Under the pieces are notes generated by a model that saw only the letters and a program-made list of their open reading frames with translations, did not search any database and was not told where the DNA came from. A stretch of 57,755 bases of DNA, counting the filler, from Diploschistes diacapsis (Eukaryota), in assembly GCA_023645945.1 (NCBI GenBank). It is 4 parts of 4 records of this genome, joined end to end, with 100 filler letters (N's around TTAATTAATTAA, not from the genome) between each part and the next. Parts side by side here need not be neighbours in the genome. Positions count along the whole stretch, not along the records: positions 1 to 14,409 come from JALAIB010000605.1; 3 more parts are not named here. The stretch is one strand, 5' to 3'. Position numbers and translations under genes: made by a program. The number at the start of each line of letters is the position of its first letter. Within the stretch, counting starts at the first letter, position 1. Positions 1-14,509 of this stretch are shown piece after piece.

Positions 1-583
1 GGATGGGGGCGCACTAGGAGTGTGGTGTGAGAGACTGGGTGGAGAAGAGGAGAGAAGGGGGGGGATCAGGTTGGAAGCTGGGAGTGAGGGAAGGAAATTG
101 AAGGACAGATGATTGAAGGAATGATGCGTTTATAGTATTTAATTAGTTTTGAATACGGCCGTGAAATTCATTTTCCGTCCGCTCGTGTACAAGCACGAGG
201 CCTATATCGTTGACCCTTCCCGGCCTGATATCGTAGCAAGACTCTTCCAGGCCGCGATGAAGCGTGGAAAACAACCTGCCCTTTTCATCCGCTCAGTATC
301 GCGCTGATGTTTCCCTTCAGGCGATCTCGCTGTCATTTTGAACTTGGCACATACATATCGAAAGCGAGCTGCTAATCAGGATCGTTGAATATATTATTCA
401 GTGGGGTAGTGACTAACGCCGAATATAACAAACCCTTCCGTGCAAAAAGGAATTCGGAAAAAGGCAAGCTTTAATGTTGAAGGGAAAGATTTTGACATGT
501 TGGTACAGAAGGTTGTACTTCGCAAGCCAACGCTGCTGCCATGCTTATAAGACGAGTCCACCTTACTAAACGCCCAGCCAAGA

Positions 584-2054
584 TCACGATCTGGACGATC
601 CCTTGCTGGACATGGCCAATGCCGGACCGGCCTCGACAGTCTTTTCCGAATGCGCTGAGCCCGAAGAGGACGACGAAGCACCCTTGCTGTGTATCGGCAT
701 CTTGGTCGCACGGCGCTGCATTGTCCGCTTTTCCACAAACCCTGGACGGAACTGAGGCACGATCTCAAACTCCATGGCCTCGCAGTCGTTGTACCAGGCA
801 AAGTCCCTGACAGTACCAATGACATTGTACACATCGGCGAAGCTCTTGCTGTCGCCACAATACGGCAGCAGTATCCGCTCTTGACAAGGCTTCTCAATCA
901 GATGGGCCTCGCCAGCCGCTAGTAAGGCGTCCTCCCGGGCTATTTGGTCCAGCATGCGTTTGCGGATGGTGACGGTCCAGTCCAGGACGTTGCCCCAGGC
1001 CTCGAGGTTCTTAACCGTGCGCTTGACGAGACTCATCTGGAGGTCGGCGAACTCATGGATCTTGCGTTGGTAGCGAGAGCGCTGGTAATGCTGGCGGCAG
1101 TACGGGACCCAGCATTCCTCGGGGATGGCGCGGGTTTCTTTCTTATTGCGGCCGAAGAAGTGCGAGACGACTCGCCGGTCGGGAGAGTCGAGTTTGCAGT
1201 CGGGGACCCAGCAATCTGCTCTGCCTCTTCGCAGAGCGGCATCATTGAGGTCTTCAGGCTCTGGGCTCATTGGAGGCCTTCGGCTGACCGTAGAGAAAGT
1301 GGCGCTCCGGCTGTGGCCGTCGCGATATGCCTCTCTTATTTGAGAGGCTACAGCGTTGATGCGGCTTGGCTGATACGTTGGTTGGTTCACCGTAGCATAC
1401 GTTAGCTCTCTCGCTTTGCATATCCAAGGAATATACTGTCAAAAAAAGCAAAGCATGGGTACTGAACATACAAATTTCCCTAACACTGGGGAGGCATCTT
1501 GTATGCTCTGGGTTCGTGCTTGTAGAATCTTGGACCCCCTCGTATCCACTTCTTTGACTCGACGGCCTTTGAGAATGTTCGTTATTGCCTTGATATCCCA
1601 TGTATGATCTGACAACTATGGAAGAGGGCGGCGTGCTTGGAGGGGTCGAAAGACCAGACATATCGAACGAGAATGAGTTCTGAGGGCCATATCTCGTAGG
1701 CATCTGTTGACTCGGGCCATTGGTAGGGTACCGCCTTCCCGCAGGAGGCGTTGTCATGTGGCCAAGGCTTCTGACCGTACCTCCGCCGCTCACGGTCCGT
1801 ATTTGGCCTCGTCCGCTATAATATCCGCGGGGGGAAGACGCAGAGGATTGTGAGGCCTTGCTATTACCCGGCGACCCTGTTGGGGTCGATTGAGGTGACC
1901 ATCGCCCACAGTCCGATCCGATGTCAAGCGTAGATTGATCCCCCAACAAGCGGTTCGGCTGAAGATTAAACGTGCTAGCACCAGCGCTTGCAGACGGCCT
2001 TTGCTGGCGTTGGGGAGAAGAATCATCGAGGTTAAGTATCGAGACTAGATCCAT
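584..2054 (-). CDS. Conserved fungal hypothetical protein (ORP1-like family), possible transcriptional regulator; 2 exons
   Basis: ORF 1254-2054 (S/P-rich, starts MDLVSILN, contains LPSVREI) joins ORF 584-1390 through an intron with a GTATGT donor at 1471. A phase-compatible acceptor is TAG at 1348; the exact acceptor is uncertain. The C-terminal block VVSHFFGRNKKETRAIPEECWVPYCRQHYQRSRY is typical of fungal ORP1-like proteins. Confidence 0.7.
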
Positions 2055-5000
2055 TTGATATCAAGGCTTTTCGAAAACATAAACACAAGACAAGACGTGA
2101 AGGATGTAATATGAAACGGTATGCAATGGTAGTACGGTGAGAGTAACTGACCTACAGATGGCGGAGAGTTTGATAGAATATAAGACATCATTATTGTTGC
2201 TTTTCTCGATCAAGTCTGAATCCTCGAGCAAGACAGAAGCCCCTCTTGAAGCAGTGTTACCATGGTCAACCTGGTTCCTAAATAGTATTTGGCCTTCAAG
2301 GAGATTGGCGAGATCGCTAGGTATTGGCAATCACGCGAATTACAGGAGTCAATGGTGGGATACAAACGATAACACTGTAGGCAAGGATGCCTTAGGGAAG
2401 AGATGGAGTCGAAGCACTGGCTCCAGTCTCAAGTCTGAAGCTCGCCCTTTTCGCGGGCGCCACATCTATGGCTGGATGTTCGGCAAGATCCGTTTTAGGG
2501 GGAGAAAGAATCCAGGACCGGCACAACGCACAAGATTCTCCTAATCGAGCCGCTTCAGGAGGTAGTACAATGGCGAGAACAGCCTCATTCCAATGGGGCA
2601 AACTGACGGAAAGGGAGATGACATCAAGAAAGTCCTGCACCACGAGCGCAAGAGCCAATCGCGATAAAATGGTAATTGTTGAGGTACTCGACATTTGCAC
2701 AAAGAAAAACCTAGAGAGGTACAAAAACAGAAAGAATTTCTGGAAAGCATTTTCTTAGTTACCGTCATCGGGGGAAATGCCTGGCCACCGACTTTCTGCA
2801 CCCCCTTCGAAGGATAGCAACGCCTCGAACATGCTGCTGAGAAAAGCATGTGCAGGTGAGGCTTCGCAAATGGCGTTACAGCGTCAATTGACTTGCTCCA
2901 CATAGATTTCTAAAAGTAAGAAGTTACCGGGAATGGCTGAACAAACCTTGCGATGTCTGCCCAGAGCCAAGCTGGGTTGGCTTGTTTCGTCTCTTCGCCA
3001 GTCTTCGAAACAAGGTGCTTACGAGCTTTATGACAAGCATCCCGTCTCAGAATCAAAACATGTCAATATATCCTCGTCTGAAGTCCCCGAAGCTCTAGAA
3101 CGAGGGATGTGGGAAAACATAGGCTCGAATAAGTAAAGGAACGAGAGCCCTGACGACGGAGCTTCACCGCCTCTTTCGCTGCGACTACAGCCACGATAAA
3201 GTAGTGAACCAAACTGTGAGTGCGGATCATGCAGGCGGCCTCCACCCGGCAAATCCAGGAATTGATCTACCTTTGCTGACTCGAATGTCTTGTGATTCTG
3301 GGGGGGGGGGAAGACTTGCCACTTCGGGTTATTTGCGATTCGCGGATCGATATGCCTTAAATGTCAGAGCCGTGAGAGGGTTTCAGGGCACCATGACGCG
3401 GCTGCTTCCAGGCTCCGCGTGAATGTCATGCTTCAAGCAATCGTGATCAGCCTAACGGTCAAGGCAGCGTCCCGTCGGCGAGCCATACTTCGCAGCGGGC
3501 GGGCAGCTGATAGGCCTTCATCAAGCTCACAGTTGGCCAAAGCATGCTGGGTACGATGATACTTGAATCATAAACACCCCTAGTATCAGAATCTGAGAAG
3601 GTTCGTGGTCGTGCCTAATCCATTGACCTATCGTTGGGCCTTGTTCTTTGTAGCAACCGAAAAAACAGGCTAGATTAGCAATGTGGTTGATGTGGAACGC
3701 TCCTGCAACCCAGGATGGTGATTATATTGCGAGTATAAGCTGCAAAGCCAAGGTTATTAGATCTTTGATGCTTCGAAAACCCAAAAAAGCCATAACGGTG
3801 GGTGTTGAAAACACCTTGGACGAGTATTCAAGGAAGTCCTTACCACAGGCTCAACTCTGCTTACCGACATTAATTATTTTTATAGTCAATAGGCTAAACA
3901 GCCGTGATAGCTAGTGCTCTTAGCAATGTTGTTGCAGTTACCTCCCGCTATGCAAGCACGCGATGGGAAGCGTTTCGGGCAATGCACATTGGTCCCACGT
4001 GGAGGGTCTGTCAGGGATGCGGAAACATAGACGGAATTGAAGGCTGTTTAACGCGGATGCCGGCTTGAAAGAAAGCTTTGATGCCCTAAGTTATCGATTG
4101 GCGCCTGTTGTAGCAAGGCGCGTGTACATGTCGAATGCGGAGCTGCCATCCTTCTTGGACGTCAGTAGATTCCTATCGTTGATGTCTGGAAGCTCGCAAC
4201 ATGCATCGTGTCCCTGTAAGTTCTCCCAAGAGGCCTCGGGCCGAGCCACTACAATGCTTTGCTTTTTCCATGATTCCAACGCGCCCACAGAGCATTGCGT
4301 TCCATATCATGGTCCATTACCACATGCGGGTTCGATATTGTGGCTGGCCATGAGCCCGTTCAGCATGAACCTGCATGCGTCTGCATAAGCAATGCTCATA
4401 GGATAATTCGAACGCTCCAATGGCACCTGAGAGAAAACCCTGTGGTTGGTATTGACAACTTTCTCCAAGAATATATCCGAATATCTGGAGTTTACACCGC
4501 TATCCCGCAAAGCTGCCTGAGTGAACCTGGGGTCGAGGCTTGAGGAACTCGGCTACATGCTCGGTTGAAGCAGAGGTATTGGATAACAGCCATTGCGACG
4601 TCGACAAACTCGCTGAGCAGGCATTGATGGATAGGGAATGGCAGCTACCCAATCATATGGGGAATTGAGGCCTTGATGGCGACGATCGTTGGCTGCGTAG
4701 TGTAACGGCTTGATGGCCGCTCTTGTGCAACGTATGTGCTTGTCACAGAGACATCTGGCATGCGTTAAAACACTATTTACCATAGACCAGGCAATGCTGC
4801 TTGTTATTACTTACCTTCCAACGTAACCAAGTGATTTTTTTTATGTAGACGTTGTAGCTGATGACTACTGTAAGCTCAACATGCCAACCCACACAAACGC
4901 TCTATCCTCGAGCTGATGCACACACCAGATACGCAAGACCCCAAGTCTACGTGGTACAAAGGTATTACTGCTTACGCAGACTGTAGCATGTACGTTATTT

Positions 5001-5232
5001 CTCAAAACTAAACAACAGCAATAAGTACAATTTCGTGGGCCAAAGCGCCCACCACTGCATTGCATACACTACTGTACGTGTATGTAGCTGAAAGCCTCCC
5101 GCAGAGCAGAGATTAATCGATTGACGCCTCTGTTATATCGCGGTAGATACCCAATAGCTCCACTTCAGCGCAGATAAACCTTCTCAGCACCTTCGTCTTA
5201 AGCCAATGCAACAGCTTTGTTCTTCGCCGCAC

Positions 5233-6465
5233 TCAGTGGTAGTAATCTTTACTCTGTTCCTCACACCATGCCCAGAATTTGCCTCCTACCTCTGGATCCT
5301 CGAGATCTGCTCTACCCTTCACGAGCCTCCCCCATGGTTGAACTGAGCCAATGTTAGGTACTCTTAGTCTTCCATCTATCAAGCTCTGTACTTACTCCAA
5401 CCGCCCGTATGCTCGATTGTAATGTTAGGCGAGAGCCCAGCAAAGAGCTCGGTGTAGGCGCCGAACTTTGCCTCGTAGAGTATCATGTTCTTCATTCGCA
5501 TCGTCAATAGATGCATGACAAAGCGGTCAGGAAAGCACATACCATAATCCACAACTGGATGGCAGGAACATGCCTCTGCAGCTCAGTCTTAAGGTTGCCA
5601 GGATTGAGCGACTGAAAGGACCTAGTTAGACTATGTTTGATACGGACATCGGGAGATCTACCAAGCTGAGCACACCAGCATCCTTCAATCGGCGAGAGAG
5701 CTCGTTAGCCTGGACAACGTTGCCGGCTTTACTCCTTGAATACTTGATCCAATCGGCTTCGTCCTTCTTGTTGTAGTTTATGTTGTCAAAGTTAATAGCA
5801 GGTTTCGGCGCCAACACAGCTGCTGATGAAGAGACCCAGATTACCCTTACATTGCCCGAAGGTGTAGTCCTAGCCGTCTGCTTTAGGATGGGCTCCAAAT
5901 ATTTGGTGAACAGGAAGTGGCCGACGTTGTTGGTGCCTAATTGAAGTTCTAGGCCTTGAGAGGTCGTCGAACCTTGCGGTGGGATCATTACTTCCAGTCA
6001 AGATTAGCCACGGCGTTGGCAGTCGAGCGAATATCTGCCGCCTTACCTCCTGCGTTCAGCCATAGCACGTCGAGCTTGGTTTCGGCGGATGTGAATTCGG
6101 TAGCTGATTGCTTGATGGTGCTGAGGTCGCTTAAATCAAGGTGCAGGAAGATCAACTCTCCTTTGGAGTCCGGATGAGCCTTCTTGATGCCATCGATGGC
6201 TCTTTTAGCCTTTTCGTGAGATCGAGCGGCGACATAGACTTTGGCGTTCTTTTGGTAAAGGATTTTGGCGAGCGCTTCGCCGACGCCGGAAGTGGCACCA
6301 GTGACGATGAAGACCTGCACAACTAAAATGAGTCACTAAGTTCTCGTTTGTGGTCCTTGATTGGTGATGTCTCACCTTCCCAGTTTGATCCTCAAGATTC
6401 AGCTCGGTGAGCGGAGGCTTGGGAGGCCACATCATTCGAATACCCTCCCGTAGTGATTCCAGCAT
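5233..6465 (-). CDS. Short-chain dehydrogenase/reductase (retinol dehydrogenase-like); multi-exon
   Basis: Contains the Rossmann motif VFIVTGATSGVG, then LDVLWLNAG, LGTNNVGHFLFT, RVIWVSS and the catalytic YSRSK. Later exons encode NPGNLKTELQRH, GAYTELFAGLSP and KFWAWCEEQ before TGA at 5233-5235. Several short GT-AG introns. Confidence 0.92.
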
Positions 6466-8119
6466 GATGAAAAGATTTCTCGTGTCTAGATGTTGATTTT
6501 ACAGTAATGAAAGCAATGGCAAAAAGGACGACTTATAGGTGTTTGCCCACTCAATGGAGATTACTGGGCCATTACTGGCATCCTACGCCACCCTGTTTGG
6601 ACGAACAGACCAGACACGAGCCACTACTTACTCGTACGTCGACGATACAGTCGTGCTGAGTACCTTTACGTACCTGACCGACTGAACGCATCCAGGCTCG
6701 AATACTTAGCCTAGTCAGGCACTTGTTCAGCCGAAAGTTGCGGGAATGAAGCCTACCATCTCCGCTATGCCCACTACGGAGGTACATTGTTGACCGAGTG
6801 TATCGTATCTCCGCAGGCTTGCTCCGTGCTGTATAGCCTGGCTTCTGCTGCCACGCCTGTGCTTAGACATTTGTTTTTGTGTTCTACTTTACTCTGGCCA
6901 TACTTGAAAAGGTCTGCCAGCGGTCGTCTTCAGCATTCGACCATGCCGCCGCCAATATCACTGTTTAGTAACATTCGGAGTTAATTTCTTATCTGGGTCT
7001 GTGCCTCCCTAATCCATGTAGCCAAAATGCCCTTGGTTCACGGAACTTTGTACTGAACTCATTTGCGCATTGCGCTGAATGATATAAAAGTAAATCTAAA
7101 AATGGCATTCATATGCTGAGCAGTTCAGGAGCGCTATGGACCAGCACGAGTTGACTTGACTGTACGCCCAGAAGCAAAAACACTAAGCCTACCATAGTAA
7201 AACTTCAGCCTGTAATGGACGCTTCAGCCCGCCAGCTTAGTATCCGGGCCTGGGGAGAAGCTCTCAGATGCGCAAAGGTAGCAGAGTAAATAGTACTGTG
7301 CAGGTCGATGGGAGCTAGGGGTACGATCCTGGAATGGTGGGAAATGGTGCTGCATGTCATTAAGGAAACCCTCAGCAGTCTCAGCTAGTTAATATAGATG
7401 GTGATTATTAGAAAAGGAACCACGAGAAGAAGAGGAAAAGGAGAAGTAAAAGAGAAGAGGAAAAAGAGGGGACAACAAGTTCGGACAGCTCCTCCTGGAC
7501 GTTAGAGAGCAATGATGCATGCATGGCCAAAAAAGCTTGGCACCAAAGTCAAATTCACCGTAGGTGCTGAGAAAAGGCTATCAGATTATCTTCAGTTGCA
7601 GCATCGCAGAAACTGTGATCTACCAAGAAACCCAAAAACAAAAAAGACCATGAGTTGAGTAGAAGAACATTTGGAAACATCGCGATCACCAACTAAGTAA
7701 GGAGGACTGTCTAAGAGGATGAAGATGAAATCTGCAGGAGTGGTGTGCTCTTTCCTCTGATATCTGCACTTCCAGCGTATTTCCTGGTCATGAAGGCGAT
7801 CCAGTTTGTGCGAAAGCTTTAGAAGCTGCTATAAAGTCATTGTGTTCTTCCATTAATCTCGGGTTCTAAGGATGGGGGCAGATATCAGGAGATTTCCAAT
7901 GTTGTGATTCTGAGGAGTTGCGGGAAAAGGGTCCTCCTTCATATCACCAAAATTAGCCGATCTCTTATAATGGCCGGAGCTCCCGCCTCTTTCTCTTGAG
8001 CTCCCTCCCCCGCCTTACTCTCTTTTTGATTATTAGTCTTGCAAACATCGCACAGCCTTATCAAGATATCCATTCGAAAGCCTTTTCGATCATCTTCCTA
8101 ACCATATCCATTTTCTACA

Positions 8120-9220
8120 ATGGCCCCCAAGAAGGCAGCCAGCGCTCCCACGGCAAAGAAGCCTGCCGTCGCACCTGCTCACCCCTCATACAGAGGTCAG
8201 TCTCCTTTGATACCTTTCCTTTGCGCCATCGCATTGCCTCGAATGTCTTTTTCGAAACCCATTGAAGTCTGCTGACGCGTTAGGCAGACATGATCAAAGA
8301 GGCTATCCTCACTGTACGTCAAATACCTTCTAGGTCTTTTGGTGTCACTGGTGGTCGCGATGCTGCCACAATGCGCCCGAGAGAATTGCAGTCACCACCC
8401 CAATGCGCTATTACTTCATCCATCGTCATTGCTAACTTGAATCCTCTATCTACAGCTCAAAGAACGCAATGGTAGCAGGTAAGTGTGATTTCTCGTGATG
8501 CTATACCATCAAAACAATGGACGCGTCTTGATTTTCGATATTAGACTAACCCTTTTACAGCCGTCAAGCCTTGAAAAAGTACATTACTGCGAACTACAAG
8601 GGCCTCGCGAACGACAAGAGCTTCGATCAGCAATTCAACAAGGCCCTCCGCACTGGCGCCGATAAGGGTGATTTCTCACAGCCAAAGGGTACATCTGGAC
8701 CTGTCAAGCTTGCGAAGAAGGAGGCGGCACCCAAGAAGGCTGCTGCTCCAAAGGAAGTCTCTGTCCCAAAGGTACATTCTACTGCTCTACATGCGCGCCC
8801 AAGAACATTTTTGTTGATGTCCTTAGAAGAGCTCAGAAAGCAAGCCCAAGGCTCCCAAAAAGGAGAAGTCCGCGGCGCCCAAGAAGGCTGTTGGCACTAA
8901 GACCAAGACAACTGCCACCAAGAAGGCTCCAGCTGCGAAGAAAGAGAAGGCTGCCAAGCCCAAGGCCAACACATCCACGAAGCGCAAAGCCTCAACCTCC
9001 GCACCAGCTCCTGTATGTTGTTTCCAAGGTTCTTGTTAAGCTGTGCTAATCAATCTAGGCTCCTGCTGTCATCGATGTTCCCAAGGTATTAAGCAAAACA
9101 AAGTCTGGCCGCGTCACCAAGACCACCGCGCCGGCAGCCACCAAGAAGACCGCAGCCAAGAAGGCGACTACCAAGAAGTCTTCCACCCCGAAGAAAGCCG
9201 CTGAAGCCCCGGCTGCCTAA
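8120..9220 (+). CDS. hho1: Linker histone H1; 6 exons
   Basis: Spliced product [55 protein letters not shown]...FSQPKGTSGPVKLAKK followed by a K/A/P-rich tail. Exons are approximately 8120-8195, 8288-8313, 8456-8478, 8561-8771, 8827-9012 and 9059-9220. Confidence 0.96.
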
Positions 9221-10099
9221 GCATGAAGTCGCCGTTGTCGTGTGGCGTAACGTTTCCTTGATATGGTTGTACAGGTCTACGGAGTTTCATGGGACATTAT
9301 GGGCTTGGGCTTCTGTGATGATATCCAGGTATTGCTGTGGTGGGATCGGGTTGAGGCAGGAACATGTGGATGGCAACTGGCGTTTTAGCGGCCCTACGAG
9401 CGTGCATGGCGTACTGCATTCGTAGCTGCAATTGAACTTCTGAAGTTACGTTGGCCACATCTCTCGTAGTAGTGTTCTTCTCGCCATGCCGGAGTGATGT
9501 TACTGCTCTGTAGGCTTCAAGTGCGTTCGGTTTCGTTTGCGCAGTATTCTCGTCGTACCCACGAGAGCACTGAGGGGGACGCGTAGAACAGTTGTGATGC
9601 GTTGCGTACTAGTACTTGGGTATGTATTATTTACATTGAGGGGCCCCTTTTCCCATAATGGAACTCGCTTATTCGGGGATAACTTTGGGCTTTACGGCCC
9701 GTAGATGATGCCGGGTGACCGGTCTTGGCAAAGTTCCGATTCCTGAGGGAAAAACGGTTCAGCCTGAGCAGCGATGGGGGCTCAAACCAACCTATAGAAA
9801 AGAAAAAATCTTGGACTTAATGCCAACGACATTCCCACGATGCGCAGCTGGGACACGCCCCTTTGTTCAATGACCCCAGGAGAATATTCACGCACTGAGC
9901 GAAGCAAGCCGCAACTGCCATCCGTATCGGGCTTGCAGACGTCACATAGTCCAATTGATGTTACGTCTCAAGTATCACGCTAGCCATCCATGTGGAGCTT
10001 GGGCTTGAGGTGCTCAGAGTTTGCTCATTGACGAATCCAAAGTTGGATCCATGCCGACCTTCGTTATCCTTCACCTCCGACGCCCTTGCGGATCTCGAA

Positions 10100-13002
10100 A
10101 TGCCCTCCCTTTTGCCGGGTCAACGCAACGAGACACCCAATGGCAAGCGAGTCCATGAACTAGAACGCGGGTCGGAAAAGCAAGAGTGGAACGATGGGAC
10201 ATTGCTGCAGCCACAACGGGTTTTCGAACTGGAGGCACCAGCAGTCAAAAGCAATGCAGAAGGAAACATCAATGGCTCGTCGGCGCTGGTCAATGGCACA
10301 ACGACAACCTCTCGAGCCTTCTCCCCAGACTCGTCATCCGCAATGAACGGCCGTCTAAGCGAAAGTAGTCGCTCCGAACACAGTAACGGATGGGGTAACG
10401 ATACAAATGCTGGAATCCCCAGGCCAAACAACGTGGTAAAAAGAAAGGATGTGTCCAATGGAGTTCCGCCAACCCCCAAGCCTAAAAATCCAACGCTGTC
10501 GGCTCTGCCAAACTTGGACGCCTCTCGTGCAAGCTCGCCGCCTTCTTCGCCATCCAGAGCTTCGGTACGACAACGGCGGGCTCAGTCTGCTAGTATTCCT
10601 AGCTCGCCCGCCGGGTCGCCATTTCAGGCCGATTATTCTAGATTAGACCCCAATCAAATGAACCACAGACTCTCCTCTGTCTCGAACCAAGATGTTGCCC
10701 CGAGCTCCTCGAGCCAGTCCCTGCAGCGTCCGGGCTCCCTCCACCTATCTCACCGGCATACGCTTCAAGTTCCGAAATTACCAACGGCGCGAGGTTCCCG
10801 AGATTTTTCATTTCAGTACGGTAATCCTGGCGAAGAGGCCACAACGACAGCACTCGCAAATCATGGTGGTAGACGTCCTTCACTCAGTTTGGCGCGGCGC
10901 AATACTAGATCCATAAACTCTGACATGTATCTGGACGAGATTCCGCAAGATGCGGATGCCGCTCGCTGGGCAGAGACAGTCCGACAGAAACGAGCTTCGC
11001 GTAGGAGGAAGAAGGAAGAGGAAGAAGACGACAGGGTTATTGTCGGGACAAAGGTGGACCAGACCCATGTCAACTACGTTATGGCTTACAATATGTTGAC
11101 TGGTATACGTTTCACCGTCTCGAGAACAAACGCGAAAATAGACCGGGAACTTACCAATGCCGACTTTGACGCGAAGCATAAATTCTCTTTCGACATCACG
11201 GGGAACGAGTTGACGCCGTCGGCGAAGTACGACTTCAAATTCAAAGATTACGCCCCTTGGGTGTTTCGACATCTGAGGGCGACCTTTCACCTTGATCCAG
11301 CAGACTATCTTATCTCTTTGACAAGCAAATACATTCTCTCGGAACTCGGCTCGCCGGGTAAGAGTGGAAGCTTCTTCTATTTCTCTCGAGACTACAAATA
11401 CATTATCAAAACCATCCACCGTGCCGAACACAAGCTTCTGAGGAAGATACTACGGGAGTACTACGCACATGTTCAGGAAAACCCCAATACGTTGATTTCC
11501 CAATTTTACGGTCTCCATAGAGTCAAGATACCGTATGGAAGGAAAATTTACTTCGTTATCATGAACAACCTATTTCCTCCGCACCGAGACGTCCACCAGA
11601 CATTCGACCTTAAAGGCTCAACCGTTGGAAGGGAGCTCAAGGAAGAAGATTTGGAGAAGAACCCCCGGGCGACGCTAAAGGATTTGAATTTCCTGAGAAG
11701 AAACTACCACCTCGAGTTTGGCCCAATGAAGAAAAGGCTGTTCGTTGAGCAGTTACAAAAGGACGTTGCGCTTCTCCAGAGGCTCAAGATTATGGATTAT
11801 TCGCTTTTGGTAGGAATTCACGATCTTGAAAGAGGGAACGAGGAAAACTTGAGGGACAGAACACTCAAGGTCTTTCAGCCCGGGGGCGATCGATCGGACG
11901 AGCCCCAAGCTAGCGTCCTGGCGAGGACTCCTTCCAAGATGGAAAACGCGCAGAAAGCGAGGGAGCTGCGTCAAATCATCCAGCGTGAACGGCCCGTTCC
12001 AATGAACGAAAGTACCTTTCAGATGCCAGACGAAGCAGCGGACGCAACAAGAAAATCCTACTTCTACAGCGACGACGGAGGTTTTTGGGCGTCACACGAG
12101 AACGGGGCGCCGGGTGAGGAAGTCTACTACCTGGGCATCATTGATTGCCTCACCCACGTAAGCAATATTCGGCTGTACGGGCAACCTCCGCTAATAGTAA
12201 CTAGTATGGCTTCGTCAAACGCCTCGAGCACTTCTGGAAAGGCATGTCCGCCAACAAGACGCAAATCTCCCCCATCCCGCCCGAAGGCTACGGCGACCGC
12301 TTCATAAAGTTCATCAGCGGCATCACAATGTCGCGCGAGGAAGCGCAGGCTCGGGCACAAGCGCACGAGCATCCGCAGGAGATGCAGCAAGTCGACGGCG
12401 CCACCACTGGAACCCTTGCTCCCCCGTCGCAAATGCAATCTCCCTTGCGCGAAGTCGTCGAAGGCCGTTCGACGAGCCGCATCGCGCGCCGGTCGCCAGA
12501 CCAAGTCATCGAGCAGGCGGAACTGCAGGTGCGGAGATCAGGCTCGTCAGAAGAGGACTTTGCGGAACGGACGATCAAAGTGCAGCGGAGCTCGTCCGCG
12601 GAGCGCCGCGCTTCCATCACGCTACCCGTAGTAGAAGAGGTGGGCGAAGCGGGCAGCATGGGTGGATGCAGCGGCAACAGCAGAGAGCGGGAAGGCGAGA
12701 GGGAGATAGAGGACAACGGTGACGGGAGGAGTAGAGGAGGCTACGTCCGAGCCCGTAGCCGGAGCGGTGCGCACAGCAACTTGAATGCAAATGATGTGTC
12801 TGCGCCCGCGCCGCAGAATATGCTCTCCCCACCTCTAGGCGGTAGACCGCCGCCCACGCCGCCAAAGGACTTCCCGAGCCTGTCGTTGCCGGTTAGAGAT
12901 GATGTCAGAGATTCGCTGCCCGTGCTGCCGATGCCGGAATTGCCGACGTCGCCGCTGGAGGTGGGACAGAACAGGAGCAGTTGGGGGGTGGTTTTAAATT
13001 AA
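10100..13002 (+). CDS. mss4: Phosphatidylinositol-4-phosphate 5-kinase, about 951 aa; 2 exons
   Basis: PIP5K motifs FKFKDYAPWVF, GSPGKSGSFFYFSRD, FDLKGST, IMDYSLLVG and YYLGIIDCLT. Intron 12158-12204 (GTAAGC..CTAG) restores HYGFVKRLEHFWKG in frame. Confidence 0.96.
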
Positions 13003-13722
13003 TCATCGGCTTCGTTTACGTTTCGGTACGAGACGCAGGGGTTTGCTGGCATTTTTCCTCTGTGCAAATTATCGTCTTCTTGTGGCGTTGCGTTGGTCGG
13101 CAGGCCCGTTGAGACTGGGTAAAGGGCTGGCGAACGGGGCTACGGGTGGATGGAAGGAAGGATAGTTCGACGGGGCAGTCAGTGTTATTGTCCCCCTACT
13201 TACGGCCCTGCACATACATACTCACAACCATTCACTGCATTTCTTCGCTTTTTCTTCAACCGACGGTGGATGCCCTGCATCGATAGAGTCTTGCTGCGCT
13301 GGGGTTGATTGATTGATCGATCGATTGAGAACGCTGCGCTGCGCTTGGGAGAAGCCTGACCCCCGATACCTGCCGCGCTATCTGCTGTCGATCGATCCAT
13401 TGACATCATGTCGTTCCGTTGAGTACGAGAGAGAGGAGGAATGTGGGGATGATACACGGGAGGTACATATCTCCTTACGGGGGAGATACGGGGTTGCGCC
13501 CTTTGGGCTTCGCTTCCTGTCCCTTGCTTCCTCGCCTTAGCTCTCCACCGCCTCTTCCCATCGAGCAAGTACATCAACAGCATCAAGAGCGGACAGGGAA
13601 AGAGACGGAAGGCACAAGACATTGTGCAAGGCGCCCCGTGGAATAACATCTTTTCCCTCTTTCTTCCCCTTGCCTCGGAGAGGAGAACGACGCGGAGGGG
13701 GGGGGATGTCGCGTATCAATAC

Positions 13723-13724
<2 letters not shown>

Positions 13725-13764
<40 letters not shown>
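13725..13764. repeat. (GT)20 microsatellite
   Basis: Perfect dinucleotide run. Confidence 0.98.
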
Positions 13765-13767
<3 letters not shown>

Positions 13768-14409
13768 GATGATAAATGATTAGTTAACAAATGAACTGGT
13801 TAATTTCCGTTCGACGTTCGGAGGAGGTTCGAGGGCGAGAGAGAGACTCGAAGACTCAAGGACAAAGGTGTGTAGTAGTGCGTAATGGATAGTGTTAGTT
13901 AGTTGTGAGACGGAGAGGCAGTATAATCCGTGACAAGGGCATCCATCCGTGGTGTAAGAAGTCTATATGAACAGCAACGGCACAAGTTCCCATGTGGTCG
14001 CCACCTCCCGAGGTAGGTACAGCGACGGATAGAATGTTTCCCCCTCGAGCAAGGGAGCAAGGGGAAAAACGTAGAAGGGAAAAAAATATACGGTACGATA
14101 CAATGATGCGTCGATGCATCTGCTGCTGCGCTGAATACATGCGCTTTTTTGCGTGCCATCATTCCACGTGGAGAGTGGTAGAAAATCAAGGGTTGGGGAT
14201 GTCGCTCGAGTCAAAAGGACGAAGTGTACAAACGCTCCAAGCACAAGGATTTTTCGACCGAGCAGGATGCGGAACAGACAAGGCGCTCCCTCATCGGCCG
14301 AACGCCTTAAAAGTACATCCCCCTCCTTGCGCCCCTGCCCCCTCTGCCCGGTCGACCAGCTCCCTTCACCCTCAAACCTCGAAGATCGGCACCGTCTCCC
14401 TCTCTCCCC

Positions 14410-14509
14410 NNNNNNNNNNNNNNNNNNNNNNNNNNNNNNNNNNNNNNNNNNNNTTAATTAATTAANNNNNNNNNNNNNNNNNNNNNNNNNNNNNNNNNNN
14501 NNNNNNNNN
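14410..14509. other. Artificial contig spacer (N44-TTAATTAATTAA-N44)
   Basis: 100-nt N block containing a linker with stop codons in all six frames. Confidence 0.98.

Noticed and set aside
2055..5230. Numerous short ORFs
   Set aside because: No codon bias, motifs or consistent exon chain.
14454..14465. Recurrent TTAATTAATTAA as a biological motif
   Set aside because: Always centred in identical N blocks; it is an artificial six-frame stop linker.
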